From positions 128,001 through 192,000 of the IMG/VR virus record IMGVR_UViG_3300018430_000021: 64,000 bases of DNA; one strand, given 5' to 3'. Numbering within the stretch: the stretch's first letter is position 1; the number at the start of each line of letters is the position of its first letter. This stretch comes from a virus. Taxonomy: Duplodnaviria > Caudoviricetes. Made by a program: the position numbers and the translations under genes. Under the pieces are notes generated by a model that saw only the letters and a list, made by a program, of their open reading frames with translations, did not search any database and had not been told where the DNA came from. Of this stretch, positions 1-10,700 are shown piece by piece.

Positions 1-2
1 TT

Positions 3-2915
3 GATGCAGATGACGCAGAAAACCAGTTCAATGCTGCTGCACTTATTCATCCGATTAACAAATATCCGGATGAAGGTAAGGAATATGTCCCACAGATTTT
101 GATGACTTCTGTTCATTCTACTTCTGCACTTAACGAAGATATTACGGCATATTCTGTTGGTATGACCGTTAAAGCAGAAGGACGCGGTGAAGAATATTCA
201 ATGTTCCCAGATTCTATTACTGCTAAGGATGCTCCGATTTTCAAACTCGGTCATATTCCTGAAAACGATAGAATCGCAGTAGATATTTTTGGTCTTGATA
301 ATAAGCTTAACGGTTATGCTAAAGACCGTCTACTCTTCTCTGAATTTAATAGAATTACAGATTCACATTATGGAAGACCTTCCGTATTAATCAATTCCGA
401 TAATAATATTTTACGTCAGGGTGCTTCTAATAATAACAATACATTGTATGATTCTGATAATAACGAATTCCTCCAAGGTGTGATGAATTCACTATTGTTT
501 GAATCTAATAATAACAATTTTAGTGGTGGTAACGGTAACAGCTTATACGGATCAGATTCTAATAAGATTGTATATGGTAACTATAATAACTTCTTATTCT
601 CACATGACAATACTGTAAGAAGTCATAACCATACATTCATTAATTCTAATTCTAATACTGCTACTGAAAATTCCAATAACTTTATTGCTATTGCATCTTA
701 TGGTAATGGATTTAGCGGAAACTCCTATGAAAACGTGCTGCTCAAGTCTAAGGGAAATACATTCTCTGGCCAGGCATTTAACTCGCTTTTGATGGGTTCT
801 GTTTCTAACCATCTCCTTGAAGATACTAAGGAAGCAACGCTTCTCAATGCCAAGAATGTTACATTACGTAGTTCTTATGATGACATGATTCTTGGTTCTC
901 GCGGTGGTCTTCTTTACAAGTCATATTTCAATGGTTACTACGATAACTATACTTGTACTGTTACTGATTCTGACCAGAACTCTATCGTGCGTTCTCGCTT
1001 CCTCGGTGTTAAGGGTTTGCCTCTTGGTGCTATAGACCCTGCAGAACGTCCGATTAAGTCTGACGTACAGTCTAATAATAACGTTATTTTACGTGGTGAA
1101 TATTTTGATATGTTCATGTGCTCTAATAACTTTATTGTTGATACTTATAAGTTACAGTCTGACGATAATATTACTAGCCTTGGTCCTGTTCGTGTTAAGG
1201 GTTCTACAGTTGTTAACTCTAGTAAGTCTAAGATTTTCAATGCTCGTGATATTTACCTCTGGCACTCTGAATATTCTCGTGTTGTTGCTGCATCTGATTA
1301 TTCTGATAGTCTTCTTGGTCTTGTTGGTACTTCTAATGCAATGGGTAGTACAAACGAACTTGATTCCATTTATTATGGTGAATTCTATGGTTCTGATTTC
1401 AGCATCAAGGGTCTTAAGGGTGCTTCCTATAAGAACGGTGCAGAATCGCTGAAGACTAATGCTCGCCCAGTAGATATGCTTCGTTTGAAGCTTATGTTCA
1501 TGAATACTTATGGTTCTGAACTTGACTTAGGCGGATATAATAGATTTAACAAGTATAAGCATCCGACTGCATATTTGTCTAATGCTACATTTGAAAGCCA
1601 GAACTTCACTTTGTTTAACACTTCTGTTAAGCCAACTAATTCTAATATCGTTGGTGGTCACCACAATAAGTTTGTTGGTGGTAAGAATACGGTTATTCTC
1701 GGTGGTGAATATTGTAAGGCTTCTACTTACGAACATCAGATTTTGATGGGTAAGTATAATAAGGATGTTCCGGCAGATATTATCTATGGTTGTGGTCACT
1801 TCAATGGTACTACATTCGTCCAGGGTGATAAGGAATATACGGAAGCAGAACTTGAAACAATCGAGACTATGCATCAGACTATCGACAAGGTTCGTGGTGA
1901 CGGTGATAATAAGTCTGGTGAAACTTGTTTCAATGCTCTTGAATTCTATGCTCACCAAGGTAAGATGATATTCCGTAACTGCGACGACGGTCATGATGCA
2001 GGATCTAATGCGGTTTCTAATAACTTCGGTAAGTCTATCACTATTGACCCGACTGGTATCGTATTCCGCGATAGAAACGGTGATATTACAGGTGAACTTG
2101 TTCCACAGGCTGTTAATTCTGATGGCGGTAAGTGGACAATTACTATTGATATTGACGGAAATGGCCGTTACTATGTAGCTAACACTGTTGGTGTTCCGCC
2201 GACTATTGCACAGCTTGATAAGGTTGTATTGGCAAATCATTTGTTTGAATATGTCGACTTGAATAGCTATACCGCTAATCCAGGCCAGTCATTTAGTGCT
2301 GCAACCAACGGTAACTTGATGGAATCTTCTGTTAGCGCAAGTAATAATCTTTTGTTCGGTAAGCAAATCCCGAGTGAAATCAATATTCTTGTTAAGAAGT
2401 TGAAATATAATATCGAAACCGGCAGTAGAGTAACTCATAAGTGGGTATTCGTAAATAAGATTATGCCATGGTATCGTTATAATGGTCAAGCACCGCGTTA
2501 TATTCCAATGCAGACTTGTAGCTTGAAGTATTACTATGTTGGTCAACCGGCTTCTGCTGGTGGTTACCACATGATGGATATTTGGGCACCACCTTCTATG
2601 GACGCAAGCTGTATCTGTAAGAAGATTGAATACTGTTATTCTGCATATACTAGTACAGAACAGTATCACTGGAGTACAAAGAATCGTGGATGTATTCCTC
2701 TTGATGAATTCAACGATAATAAGTTCTTCAGCGATTGGGTTCCGAATGTTCCTGTTTATGCTGGCGATACTGCTTCTGGTGGTGGTGTTGGTCCTACAGT
2801 TACAAGTGGTAACTATGTTTCTGGTGGTAATACAACCGCTCCTGGTGAGATTACTTTGTATCGTGTAAATGAACTCCCAACAATCATGGACCCGCAAGGA
2901 TATTACATTATATAA
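3..2915 (+). CDS. Tail fibre/adhesin-like protein, 5'-truncated by the window edge
   Basis: The frame of ORF 99..2915 is open back to position 3, so the true start lies upstream. Asn/Ser/Gly-rich beta-solenoid-like repeats (SNNNNF, SNxN); C-terminal VNELPTIMDPQGYYII motif typical of phage fibre junctions. Confidence 0.55.
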   Translation, partial: DADDAENQFNAAALIHPINKYPDEGKEYVPQILMTSVHSTSALNEDITAYSVGMTVKAEGRGEEYSMFPDSITAKDAPIFKLGHIPENDRIAVDIFGLDNKLNGYAKDRLLFSEFNRITDSHYGRPSVLINSDNNILRQGASNNNNTLYDSDNNEFLQGVMNSLLFESNNNNFSGGNGNSLYGSDSNKIVYGNYNNFLFSHDNTVRSHNHTFINSNSNTATENSNNFIAIASYGNGFSGNSYENVLLKSKGNTFSGQAFNSLLMGSVSNHLLEDTKEATLLNAKNVTLRSSYDDMILGSRGGLLYKSYFNGYYDNYTCTVTDSDQNSIVRSRFLGVKGLPLGAIDPAERPIKSDVQSNNNVILRGEYFDMFMCSNNFIVDTYKLQSDDNITSLGPVRVKGSTVVNSSKSKIFNARDIYLWHSEYSRVVAASDYSDSLLGLVGTSNAMGSTNELDSIYYGEFYGSDFSIKGLKGASYKNGAESLKTNARPVDMLRLKLMFMNTYGSELDLGGYNRFNKYKHPTAYLSNATFESQNFTLFNTSVKPTNSNIVGGHHNKFVGGKNTVILGGEYCKASTYEHQILMGKYNKDVPADIIYGCGHFNGTTFVQGDKEYTEAELETIETMHQTIDKVRGDGDNKSGETCFNALEFYAHQGKMIFRNCDDGHDAGSNAVSNNFGKSITIDPTGIVFRDRNGDITGELVPQAVNSDGGKWTITIDIDGNGRYYVANTVGVPPTIAQLDKVVLANHLFEYVDLNSYTANPGQSFSAATNGNLMESSVSASNNLLFGKQIPSEINILVKKLKYNIETGSRVTHKWVFVNKIMPWYRYNGQAPRYIPMQTCSLKYYYVGQPASAGGYHMMDIWAPPSMDASCICKKIEYCYSAYTSTEQYHWSTKNRGCIPLDEFNDNKFFSDWVPNVPVYAGDTASGGGVGPTVTSGNYVSGGNTTAPGEITLYRVNELPTIMDPQGYYII

Positions 2916-2930
2916 TCCTTACATATCTCA

Positions 2931-2968
2931 AAATAAAAACCTACTCGATAAGAGTAGGTTTTATTTTT
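2931..2968. terminator. Bidirectional intrinsic terminator
   Basis: aaataaaaacctactc-gataa-gagtaggttttattttt hairpin with A/T tracts between convergent genes. Confidence 0.85.
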
Positions 2969-2985
2969 AATAAAACTAATTAAAA

Positions 2986-5853
2986 CTAGTATTGAACGAC
3001 ATTTAATTTATTGATAACAACAGCACCTTCTTGTTCCATAGAAAAGTTTGTAATGTTGTTATTGTCGTCAAGAACGGAGTCATCAATGCTTGCTTTGACA
3101 AGTACATAAAGGTCATAAAGTAATTTAGAAGCACCAACCCAATATTCATTAGTTGGATAGGTTTCTGCATTAATATTGTCCTTATAATAAGTCTTTAATA
3201 TCTGTTCACATGCAAAATAATTCCAGAAAGATGCTTCAGAAATAGTATATTGATGTTCACCAATAACATTACCTTTACGCATGATTTCTTCTTCACGAGC
3301 ATTTATATCGTTATACATACTAACGTTATAAGGCAATGGAATTGCACGGTCAGCACTTTTACTTATACGGGCATTCTTCAACCAGCGAGTTAATTTATTC
3401 TTTATATAAGTAATTTGTTTAGCTTCAAGTTTATATACAGAAGCCTTTAAAGAATCAAGCTGCGAAGTAGATGCAAGGTCATTATAGCTTGGAATAACTA
3501 TTTTTACATAAACCAAGTCATAATGTACACCTTTCAACGTAAGGTCATTAGCGGTATAAACCATCGGTAATTCCAGATTTATAAAGACATTACTGTTTTC
3601 ATCTTTAAATTCTGTGGCTTTACAATGGGTTATCACTTTTTTGGTATACGTATGTTCATTTTCAGGGCAGTAGAACTGATATGTGAGCTGAACATTGATA
3701 CCGTCAACAAGTTTTTCGAAAAGCTGCTTACCGCGAAGATCTGTTTTCGGAATATGTAACACATTGAATGGACCCTGTAACCAGCTCAAATCTGCACCCA
3801 TAACGACATTTGCACCATGGTTACTATTGTAGATTGAAATTTCATCGCTGTAGGTTTGAAGTGTCTTATCAAGTTCTGCACTGAATAAGTTACTTGAAGC
3901 CATTTTATTGTCCCATTCGTATTCCTGTTCTGGAGACTTAATTAAATCAGATACCTTAATATCTGCGTCAATACTTAGCGTATCTGGGTCATCTGTATAA
4001 ATCTTGATAATGTCAGCCTTATAGACTTTCTTTGTAGAACGCAAAGAATCATCAAGGAACTTATAGACCTTGTTTTTAAGCCTTTTATTGTATTCCTGAA
4101 GATTTGCGGTCGAATTTACACGAACGGTTCCAACCAAGTCATAATAATGTAAGAATGGCGGAAGGGTAAGAAGTGTAGTATTTACAGGTAAATTGTCCTT
4201 ACAGTTTTCACGGATTAACTGAACATTTCTAATCCATTGTTCTGTTGGATTTTTCGAATATTGCCAGTGATAATAACCGACAGGTGAAACCATGAATTTA
4301 ACATAGTCGGTAATATGATTCAAATATTCAGAACCGTAAATTGTATATGGTTCTGAAATATCGTCATCATTGAGAATATCACGCGGATAGTAATCACCAT
4401 CATTCTTGATATATAGACGACCAATTAAAGAATATGCGACAACATTTTGAACAAGCGGATATTCTTTAGTTGTTACCTGTGATTGTTCGATTTCCTGTTG
4501 ACCTGTAGCATAGGCATTATGAACATACATCGGCGAAGTAAGGGTTCCGAAATAGTTTTCGAAATCTTCCTTCATAATTAACTTATTACGGCGTCTGAAA
4601 TATGCAGGGCCATTGACCTTCATACTTGCCATGGATTCGAAATCGTCACCACCATAAATATCAGAATTTAAAATAAACGAAACATTGGAACTTACGTCAA
4701 TGATATTACCGTTTACACTTGCATAAACAGGAGTATTTATTATAATACTTGCACCTGAGACATGCTTTCTATTTGCGGCCTTGCCCATAGTAGAAATATA
4801 TTTGATATAGAAATTATCGGTTGTTTTCATCAAACCATTTACTACGTTATGGTCACGACCGAATGTTACCTTTACGGTTTCATCCGGATTTGTTGTTATC
4901 TTACAGATACGCAACTGTAATGCAAGAAGCTCCTTAATGGTCTGTTCGAGATACAATGTATCAAGATTCTTTGGATGTGAAATAACCTCATATAGTTTTT
5001 TCTTGAGTAGATCCGAAGTTTCAGGATTAATATTCTTGTACTTTTTATTTAACTTTATGGAATGTGTTTCAATATCGAATAAAGCTTCATCGGCGAATGC
5101 ATCTTCTTCAGTTTCGCCGATACCTACTTGGCACCAGCTATTTTTCTGAACATAATTTCTATCACCGTTATAAGCATAAGGGTCACGATTACCATACCAG
5201 TTAGAGAATGTCTTATCTGGAATATTGTAAGACTGTTCTGGTTTTGCAATTTTATTTAATACAGATTGTCCTTCGATTTTATATGTTTTACGTTCACCCT
5301 GGAAACATTTGATAGGCGTAACATTTTCAGTATTTACAAAGTTGATACCTTGTAATGGCATATAAACGCTATTCGTATGCGGAACGGCATTAACAAGATT
5401 TTTCTGCCAGTCTGCTTCATGACAATAAGTAATATCTTCATCGGTAAGAACATAGGAATAACTACTGTCGAGAATGAATGGCATATTCGCAAAAGTCAAG
5501 GCAAGAGAGTCTTGGTTAAAGAATATTTCCGTTCCTGCCTTATTAATTTCTTCCGGGAATGGTCCTTTTAACTGAATAATAAATTCAGCCTGTGCCGGAA
5601 CCGGACGACGAGGACCATAACCAAGATTTTGACAATGCTTGATATGATTTGACTTAATTTTTGAAGTTTCCAATAAGCGTTCTTCAGCACATCTTTGGGT
5701 ATAGAAATTTATCCTATCACAAGTATCACTTAATACTTGGAGAAATTTAGGATAGAAACAACTCGCTTTGATTTTATCAAAGAAAGTCTTATTTTTCATG
5801 AATGAGCGAAAACGTTCTATTAGTTCTTCAGTAGTTAATTCTGTATAATCCAT
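2986..5853 (-). CDS. Baseplate wedge protein, T4 gp6-like (paralog 2)
   Basis: FYTQRCAEERLLETSKIKSN...LGYGPRRPVPA N-terminus, VTFG, YIST-G and GGDDFESMASMK...LIMKEDF motifs of the gp6/baseplate-J family. Confidence 0.8.
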   Translation of the reverse strand: MDYTELTTEELIERFRSFMKNKTFFDKIKASCFYPKFLQVLSDTCDRINFYTQRCAEERLLETSKIKSNHIKHCQNLGYGPRRPVPAQAEFIIQLKGPFPEEINKAGTEIFFNQDSLALTFANMPFILDSSYSYVLTDEDITYCHEADWQKNLVNAVPHTNSVYMPLQGINFVNTENVTPIKCFQGERKTYKIEGQSVLNKIAKPEQSYNIPDKTFSNWYGNRDPYAYNGDRNYVQKNSWCQVGIGETEEDAFADEALFDIETHSIKLNKKYKNINPETSDLLKKKLYEVISHPKNLDTLYLEQTIKELLALQLRICKITTNPDETVKVTFGRDHNVVNGLMKTTDNFYIKYISTMGKAANRKHVSGASIIINTPVYASVNGNIIDVSSNVSFILNSDIYGGDDFESMASMKVNGPAYFRRRNKLIMKEDFENYFGTLTSPMYVHNAYATGQQEIEQSQVTTKEYPLVQNVVAYSLIGRLYIKNDGDYYPRDILNDDDISEPYTIYGSEYLNHITDYVKFMVSPVGYYHWQYSKNPTEQWIRNVQLIRENCKDNLPVNTTLLTLPPFLHYYDLVGTVRVNSTANLQEYNKRLKNKVYKFLDDSLRSTKKVYKADIIKIYTDDPDTLSIDADIKVSDLIKSPEQEYEWDNKMASSNLFSAELDKTLQTYSDEISIYNSNHGANVVMGADLSWLQGPFNVLHIPKTDLRGKQLFEKLVDGINVQLTYQFYCPENEHTYTKKVITHCKATEFKDENSNVFINLELPMVYTANDLTLKGVHYDLVYVKIVIPSYNDLASTSQLDSLKASVYKLEAKQITYIKNKLTRWLKNARISKSADRAIPLPYNVSMYNDINAREEEIMRKGNVIGEHQYTISEASFWNYFACEQILKTYYKDNINAETYPTNEYWVGASKLLYDLYVLVKASIDDSVLDDNNNITNFSMEQEGAVVINKLNVVQY

Positions 5854-5857
5854 ACAT

Positions 5858-5865
5858 TATTTATA
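5858..5865 (-). promoter_or_regulatory. T4-type late promoter TATAAATA, 4 nt before the ATG; contains the upstream gene's stop codon
   Basis: Minus strand reads cgcaTATAAATAatgtATGgat. Confidence 0.8.
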
Positions 5866-8800
5866 TGCGGGATTGATACTTGACATCGAACATGCATCTT
5901 ATAATTGCAATATCCTGGTCCATAGAATAGTTAACTACGTTATTGTTATCATCCAAAATGGAGTCTGAAATACCTGGTTTAATCAACTTGTAAAGGTCGA
6001 TAATAAGACGTTCAGCAGCTTTCCAGTCGTTACCATATATGTCTGTAGATTCTGTAATATTTGGATAATACTTATTGAGAATTACCTTAATCAAATAATT
6101 CCAGAATTCCTTTTCAGAAAGGGTATCATCTTCAGAAGCCTTTAAATCACCACGACGCATAATAGTTTCTGTACGTGTGATTACGTCAAAAGACTTGATA
6201 TTGTAAGGCAAGTCAATGGCACGGTCGGCAGTATCATGAATCTTCAAACCTTTCATCCATTTAAGAACATCGGCATTTAGATTTTTCAATTCTTTTAACG
6301 AAAGCCTATATTCTTTAGCACGGGCTTCAGAGATTTCATACTTGGAATCAGACCAGTAGTTATTACCGTAAGAAGTAACGGTTACAAAACCGTTATTACT
6401 GTCACGAGCAATAATGTTGTATAATCTACAAATGGTCGGACTTTCACCGTGTGCTATAAGGTCAGCATTAAGCTGTTCCTGGATTTCACTGGAAGCCTGG
6501 TCCGGGTCTGTAAAATAGTCTGTAGTAGCTCTATAAAGAACATTTGATGCAAAATCTGGCGGTAATGAAATCTGAGTTCCAATATATGGTGTATGCAAGT
6601 AAATCTTGATATAGTTATCAAATTCTTCATAAGTAAACTTACTTACATGGTCAACTGTAGAAGCTTTTTCATCATTCGAAACACTGCCACTAGCCTGATA
6701 GTTATAAATTCTAAACTGAATGTGTATTGAACTTTCATCAGTTACATTTTTTAAATCATACGGTTTACGCTTACTATCAGTCTTCGGAATTATGATTTCA
6801 TTGAAAATCAAATCATACTTATAATTCTGCCAGTTTTTATACTTATCGTATTCAGAAGTAAGTTTTTCAGTATTAAGAATAACACGAACACCTTTATGCT
6901 GGTCTTCTTCGTTCCATTGGTTTTGCTTAAATTCCGGAGCAATGATATTAGATACCTTTAAATCCAAATTTGCATTCAAAACATGGTCTTCTTCCATGCA
7001 TAGCTTAATAAGATTGGATTTATAGATTTCGCGTGTTTCAAGCGTCAATGTATCAAGATACTTATAAAGTTTATTGTTTAACTTTTCTTTGAAGTCATCT
7101 AAGTTTGTGGTACCAGGATCGACTTCGATACTACCAACTAAGTCATAGTAATGGAAGAAAGGTGGTAACGACATAATAGCAGTATTTGTCGGTGTCAATA
7201 GATTTACATTATGTGCGATTTCCTTAATATTCTTTACGTATTGTGGGTCAGTCTGTTCAACTTCGCCTTGTACAAGTGCGTAATAATTATAGAAAGATTC
7301 CTGTGATACAAGACATTTGATATAGTCAAGAATATGGTCATTATATTCGTCACAGTAAAGCATTGCTGGGTTTTCCATATTTTCAGATTCAGGAACTAAA
7401 CCATCATTAACCCATTCTTCTTTACTATCTTTAACAAAAATGTTTCTTGGCAAATATAAGCCCTTACCTACATTGATATACATATGGCTGGCAAGAACGT
7501 AGAATAGAAAGTTGAGGTTAATATCCAACGTATTATCTTCCACTTGTTCTTTTTTCTTTTTGAACTGATTAACTTCAAAAGTATTGTCAAGTTCTCTAAG
7601 TCCGAAAATAAGCGTTGTAATGACATCTATTGGACTTGACAAAGAATTAAAATAATTGATGAAGTCACGTTTAGATACGAGCTTTAATTGGGAAGTCCAG
7701 TAAGCTTCAGCATTGTCATACATTTCTTTTTTATCTTCGAAATTCTCACCGCCAATAAGGTCGCCAGAGAATACAAATTGAATATTATTTGTAATATCGA
7801 AAACACCAATGGAAGTATGAAGCATTAGTTTCGCATTGTTTGTAAGGACACTTTCTAAAATACCTGCCTTATTTCCATGAGCACCGCGAGTGGAAAGGTA
7901 TTCTACATATAAATCAGGATATTCAGTTGTACCCGTAGCATCGTCGTATTTACCTTCAATGGCAAGCTGAGACAGATATGAGAACGGACCGAAATTAACA
8001 CTTATAGTTTTATCCGGATTTGTTTCAACATAACAAATACATGGACGTGCATCGCCTTGTGGATTTGCTCCAAAGTTGGTAAGGATAGATTCATTTAAAA
8101 GAATAGAACGGTCTTCAATGCTAAAAATCTTAGAACCAGCTTCGCCTTTGAATCGAGTATAAACTTTTGTTAATCCATTATTTGGAGCATAAACGGAGTC
8201 ATTCTTTTTACGTCTGTAATTTACTGCAAATGGGTCACGAATACCGTACCAGTTACTAAATGAAATATCGTCAATATCAAAGCGTTGACCGAGATTATTG
8301 TCAGTAACCAAAGAATAGTTACTGCTATTCTTTCGTTTTTCCAAACCGGTAATAAAATCTTTACCATCAAACTTTATAGTTTTCAATTCACCCTGATAAC
8401 ACTTGATTGGAAATCTGTTACCATAGTTAATTGCGTCGTGGGTCAATGTAAGAGGACCGGTTTCTGTTGTTGTACTATCAATAACAACACTTCTTAAACG
8501 TTTTGACCAAGAAGTATTTGTACAACCTTCAATGTCGCTTTTGGTAAATACATACTCAATAGGATCAGATAATCTGAAAGGCATATCGAGGAAACTCAAA
8601 TTACACTGTTCATTTGTAAGCGTAATTGTAAGCTTCTCATTTTCTGGGAGATTCTTTAATTCTTTCGGGAATGGACCTTTGAAAATAATATTCAATTCGC
8701 CTTGAGCCGGTACCGCACGGCGAGGAGCATAACCCCAGTTTTTACATAACTTGATATAGCTGGAATCAAGTTTTGCGGTTCTGAAGAAACCTTCTTCAGA

Positions 8801-8965
8801 CATACGTTGAAGATTGAAATTTGCCATATCGGAAGTGGCAGCTAACATTTCAAGGAACATACCTATAAGCGTTGCAGAACCAATATTCTTAAAACGCTTA
8901 TCTGTTTTAATCATTGAAAGATAGTTAGAATATAAATCTTCAAAAGTTATGCTTGTATTGTCCAT
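5861..8965 (-). CDS. Baseplate wedge protein, T4 gp6-like (paralog 1)
   Basis: LEMLAATSDMANFNLQRMSEEGFFRTAKLDSS...WGYAPRRAVPA, YLSTRG and GGENFED...LVSKRDF motifs. Start moved to ATG 8965 (AGGA SD) because the track start overlaps the promoter. Confidence 0.8.
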   Translation of the reverse strand: MDNTSITFEDLYSNYLSMIKTDKRFKNIGSATLIGMFLEMLAATSDMANFNLQRMSEEGFFRTAKLDSSYIKLCKNWGYAPRRAVPAQGELNIIFKGPFPKELKNLPENEKLTITLTNEQCNLSFLDMPFRLSDPIEYVFTKSDIEGCTNTSWSKRLRSVVIDSTTTETGPLTLTHDAINYGNRFPIKCYQGELKTIKFDGKDFITGLEKRKNSSNYSLVTDNNLGQRFDIDDISFSNWYGIRDPFAVNYRRKKNDSVYAPNNGLTKVYTRFKGEAGSKIFSIEDRSILLNESILTNFGANPQGDARPCICYVETNPDKTISVNFGPFSYLSQLAIEGKYDDATGTTEYPDLYVEYLSTRGAHGNKAGILESVLTNNAKLMLHTSIGVFDITNNIQFVFSGDLIGGENFEDKKEMYDNAEAYWTSQLKLVSKRDFINYFNSLSSPIDVITTLIFGLRELDNTFEVNQFKKKKEQVEDNTLDINLNFLFYVLASHMYINVGKGLYLPRNIFVKDSKEEWVNDGLVPESENMENPAMLYCDEYNDHILDYIKCLVSQESFYNYYALVQGEVEQTDPQYVKNIKEIAHNVNLLTPTNTAIMSLPPFFHYYDLVGSIEVDPGTTNLDDFKEKLNNKLYKYLDTLTLETREIYKSNLIKLCMEEDHVLNANLDLKVSNIIAPEFKQNQWNEEDQHKGVRVILNTEKLTSEYDKYKNWQNYKYDLIFNEIIIPKTDSKRKPYDLKNVTDESSIHIQFRIYNYQASGSVSNDEKASTVDHVSKFTYEEFDNYIKIYLHTPYIGTQISLPPDFASNVLYRATTDYFTDPDQASSEIQEQLNADLIAHGESPTICRLYNIIARDSNNGFVTVTSYGNNYWSDSKYEISEARAKEYRLSLKELKNLNADVLKWMKGLKIHDTADRAIDLPYNIKSFDVITRTETIMRRGDLKASEDDTLSEKEFWNYLIKVILNKYYPNITESTDIYGNDWKAAERLIIDLYKLIKPGISDSILDDNNNVVNYSMDQDIAIIRCMFDVKYQSRI

Positions 8966-8988
8966 ATTTATCCTATATAATCTATACA

Positions 8989-9029
8989 TATTTATAGTTC
9001 TCGATAAGTCTCAATTCTTTTTATAAATA
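8989..9029. promoter_or_regulatory. Divergent late promoters (TATAAATA at 8989-8996 minus and 9022-9029 plus)
   Basis: Exact TATAAATA on each strand ahead of the gp6-like and portal genes. Confidence 0.8.
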
Positions 9030-9055
9030 ATAGAGATTATAAGATAAGGAAAACT

Positions 9056-10672
9056 ATGTTCAATCTACAATTTATTAACCCTTTTAGTGATGAATTCTTA
9101 AAACTGAAGCCATCGAATGACGAAATTCGTTCAGTCGAAGCGGCCCGAAATTCTTATGGTCGTGGTGAAGATACCATAGAATGGGACCGATTAGTCAATG
9201 GATATAATAACGGATATTATGACCCTGCGACGCCGTATGATTCCAATAATATCGTATTTGAAACCCTTTTCACCAACAAATGGCAGAAGATTAGCTGGTA
9301 TCGTTCCATGGCATTGTACCCTTTGATTAAGAAGGGTCTTAATATTATGAGCGATGAAGCCGTTTGTCCAGACTCTTACGGTAACGTAACAAAGTTCGAC
9401 CTTGCAGAGCCGTTCAAGTCCGCATTCACTGATACAGAATTCAGTGCATTGAAGATGGAATTTGATTATATTGTCGAATGTGTTATCGGTAAGGAAAACA
9501 TCTGGAACTATTATAAGAAGTGGCTTATCGATGCCGAGCTTTTCTGGGAAATCTGCCTTAACGACGCAGGTAACAAGGTCGCAGGTATTGTTCAGCTCGC
9601 CCCGCAGGCAATGCTTACAATTTATGACCGCGATTCCGATAATATCAATGGTTATATTCAGAATATCAATTTCTTGAGCCGTCAACAGGAAAAGAATGAC
9701 GAAATCAAGAAGTTCCTCCCGAACCAGATTGCTTATGTAAACTACGGTGAACCATGGTCGAACCGTAATGACATTCGCGGACATTTGGAACCTGCGATTC
9801 GCCCGCTTAACCAGTTGAGGAATATTGAAGACGCTTTGACAGTTTACCGTATTACTCGTGCAACTGAAAAACGTATCTTTAACATTTATGCTGGTCGTAT
9901 GCCGCCTGACAAGGCTGCAGCTTATGTACAGGAAATCCGCGCAAAGTATCGTAAGAATTTGACAATCGATAACCACACTGGTATGATTAATTCTACCAAG
10001 AATACTCAGGCTATGACTGAAGATTTCTTCTTCCCGAAGGATGACTCTGGTAATAGTTCTACGGTTGAACCGTTTGCTTCTGGTGCTACCTTCGCAGGTC
10101 AGCTCGATGACGTTTACATGTTCCAGAAGATGGTTATGGATGCTCTTGTAATTCCGCAGGCTCGTTGGAAAGCTGAAGAAGTGGGACAAGCTGCATATAA
10201 CCAGGGTGTTGAAGGATCCAATCTTGAAGAAGTTGCATTCCAGCGTATGAACCGCAGACTTCGTAAGAGATTCTCGGATATTATTCTTCAGGTCTTCCTT
10301 GTTCATTTGAAGGTTCGTAATTACCCGTCTAAGTTCTTGGATAAGGCTCTTTACAATATTGACTTGAATCCGGCAACTGACTTTGAACGTATGCGTGACT
10401 TGGCCATGGCTGAAAAGCGTGGCGGCGTCGTTAACACCTTGTCTCAGTTCTTGCCGACTCCGACAAATATTAAGGGTACTGATGAACTTGGTCCGCTCTT
10501 CTCCAAGCAGTTCTTTATGGAAAAGATTCTCGGTATGTCTACTCAGGAAATTCTTCTCAACAGCAAAATGTTGGATAATGAAGTTCGTCAGATGCAGGAA
10601 CAGGCTGAAGCTGTCGCTGCTGAAGGTGGAGATAAGGGTGACGATGCCGGTGGAGATGACCTTGCATATTAA
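9056..10672 (+). CDS. gp20: Portal vertex protein (T4 gp20-like)
   Basis: YRSMALYP, HLEPAIRPLNQLRNIEDALTVYRITRATEKRIFNI, MTEDFFFP and FQRMNRRLRKRFS motifs of T4-like portals. Confidence 0.95.
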   Translation: MFNLQFINPFSDEFLKLKPSNDEIRSVEAARNSYGRGEDTIEWDRLVNGYNNGYYDPATPYDSNNIVFETLFTNKWQKISWYRSMALYPLIKKGLNIMSDEAVCPDSYGNVTKFDLAEPFKSAFTDTEFSALKMEFDYIVECVIGKENIWNYYKKWLIDAELFWEICLNDAGNKVAGIVQLAPQAMLTIYDRDSDNINGYIQNINFLSRQQEKNDEIKKFLPNQIAYVNYGEPWSNRNDIRGHLEPAIRPLNQLRNIEDALTVYRITRATEKRIFNIYAGRMPPDKAAAYVQEIRAKYRKNLTIDNHTGMINSTKNTQAMTEDFFFPKDDSGNSSTVEPFASGATFAGQLDDVYMFQKMVMDALVIPQARWKAEEVGQAAYNQGVEGSNLEEVAFQRMNRRLRKRFSDIILQVFLVHLKVRNYPSKFLDKALYNIDLNPATDFERMRDLAMAEKRGGVVNTLSQFLPTPTNIKGTDELGPLFSKQFFMEKILGMSTQEILLNSKMLDNEVRQMQEQAEAVAAEGGDKGDDAGGDDLAY

Positions 10673-10700
10673 CTTTTATAAATAAGTATAGAGGTTTTAA

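Noticed and set aside
9191-10306. 371-aa antisense ORF over the portal gene, and other short nested ORFs in the track
   Set aside because: Fully nested in confidently assigned genes and lacking expression signals
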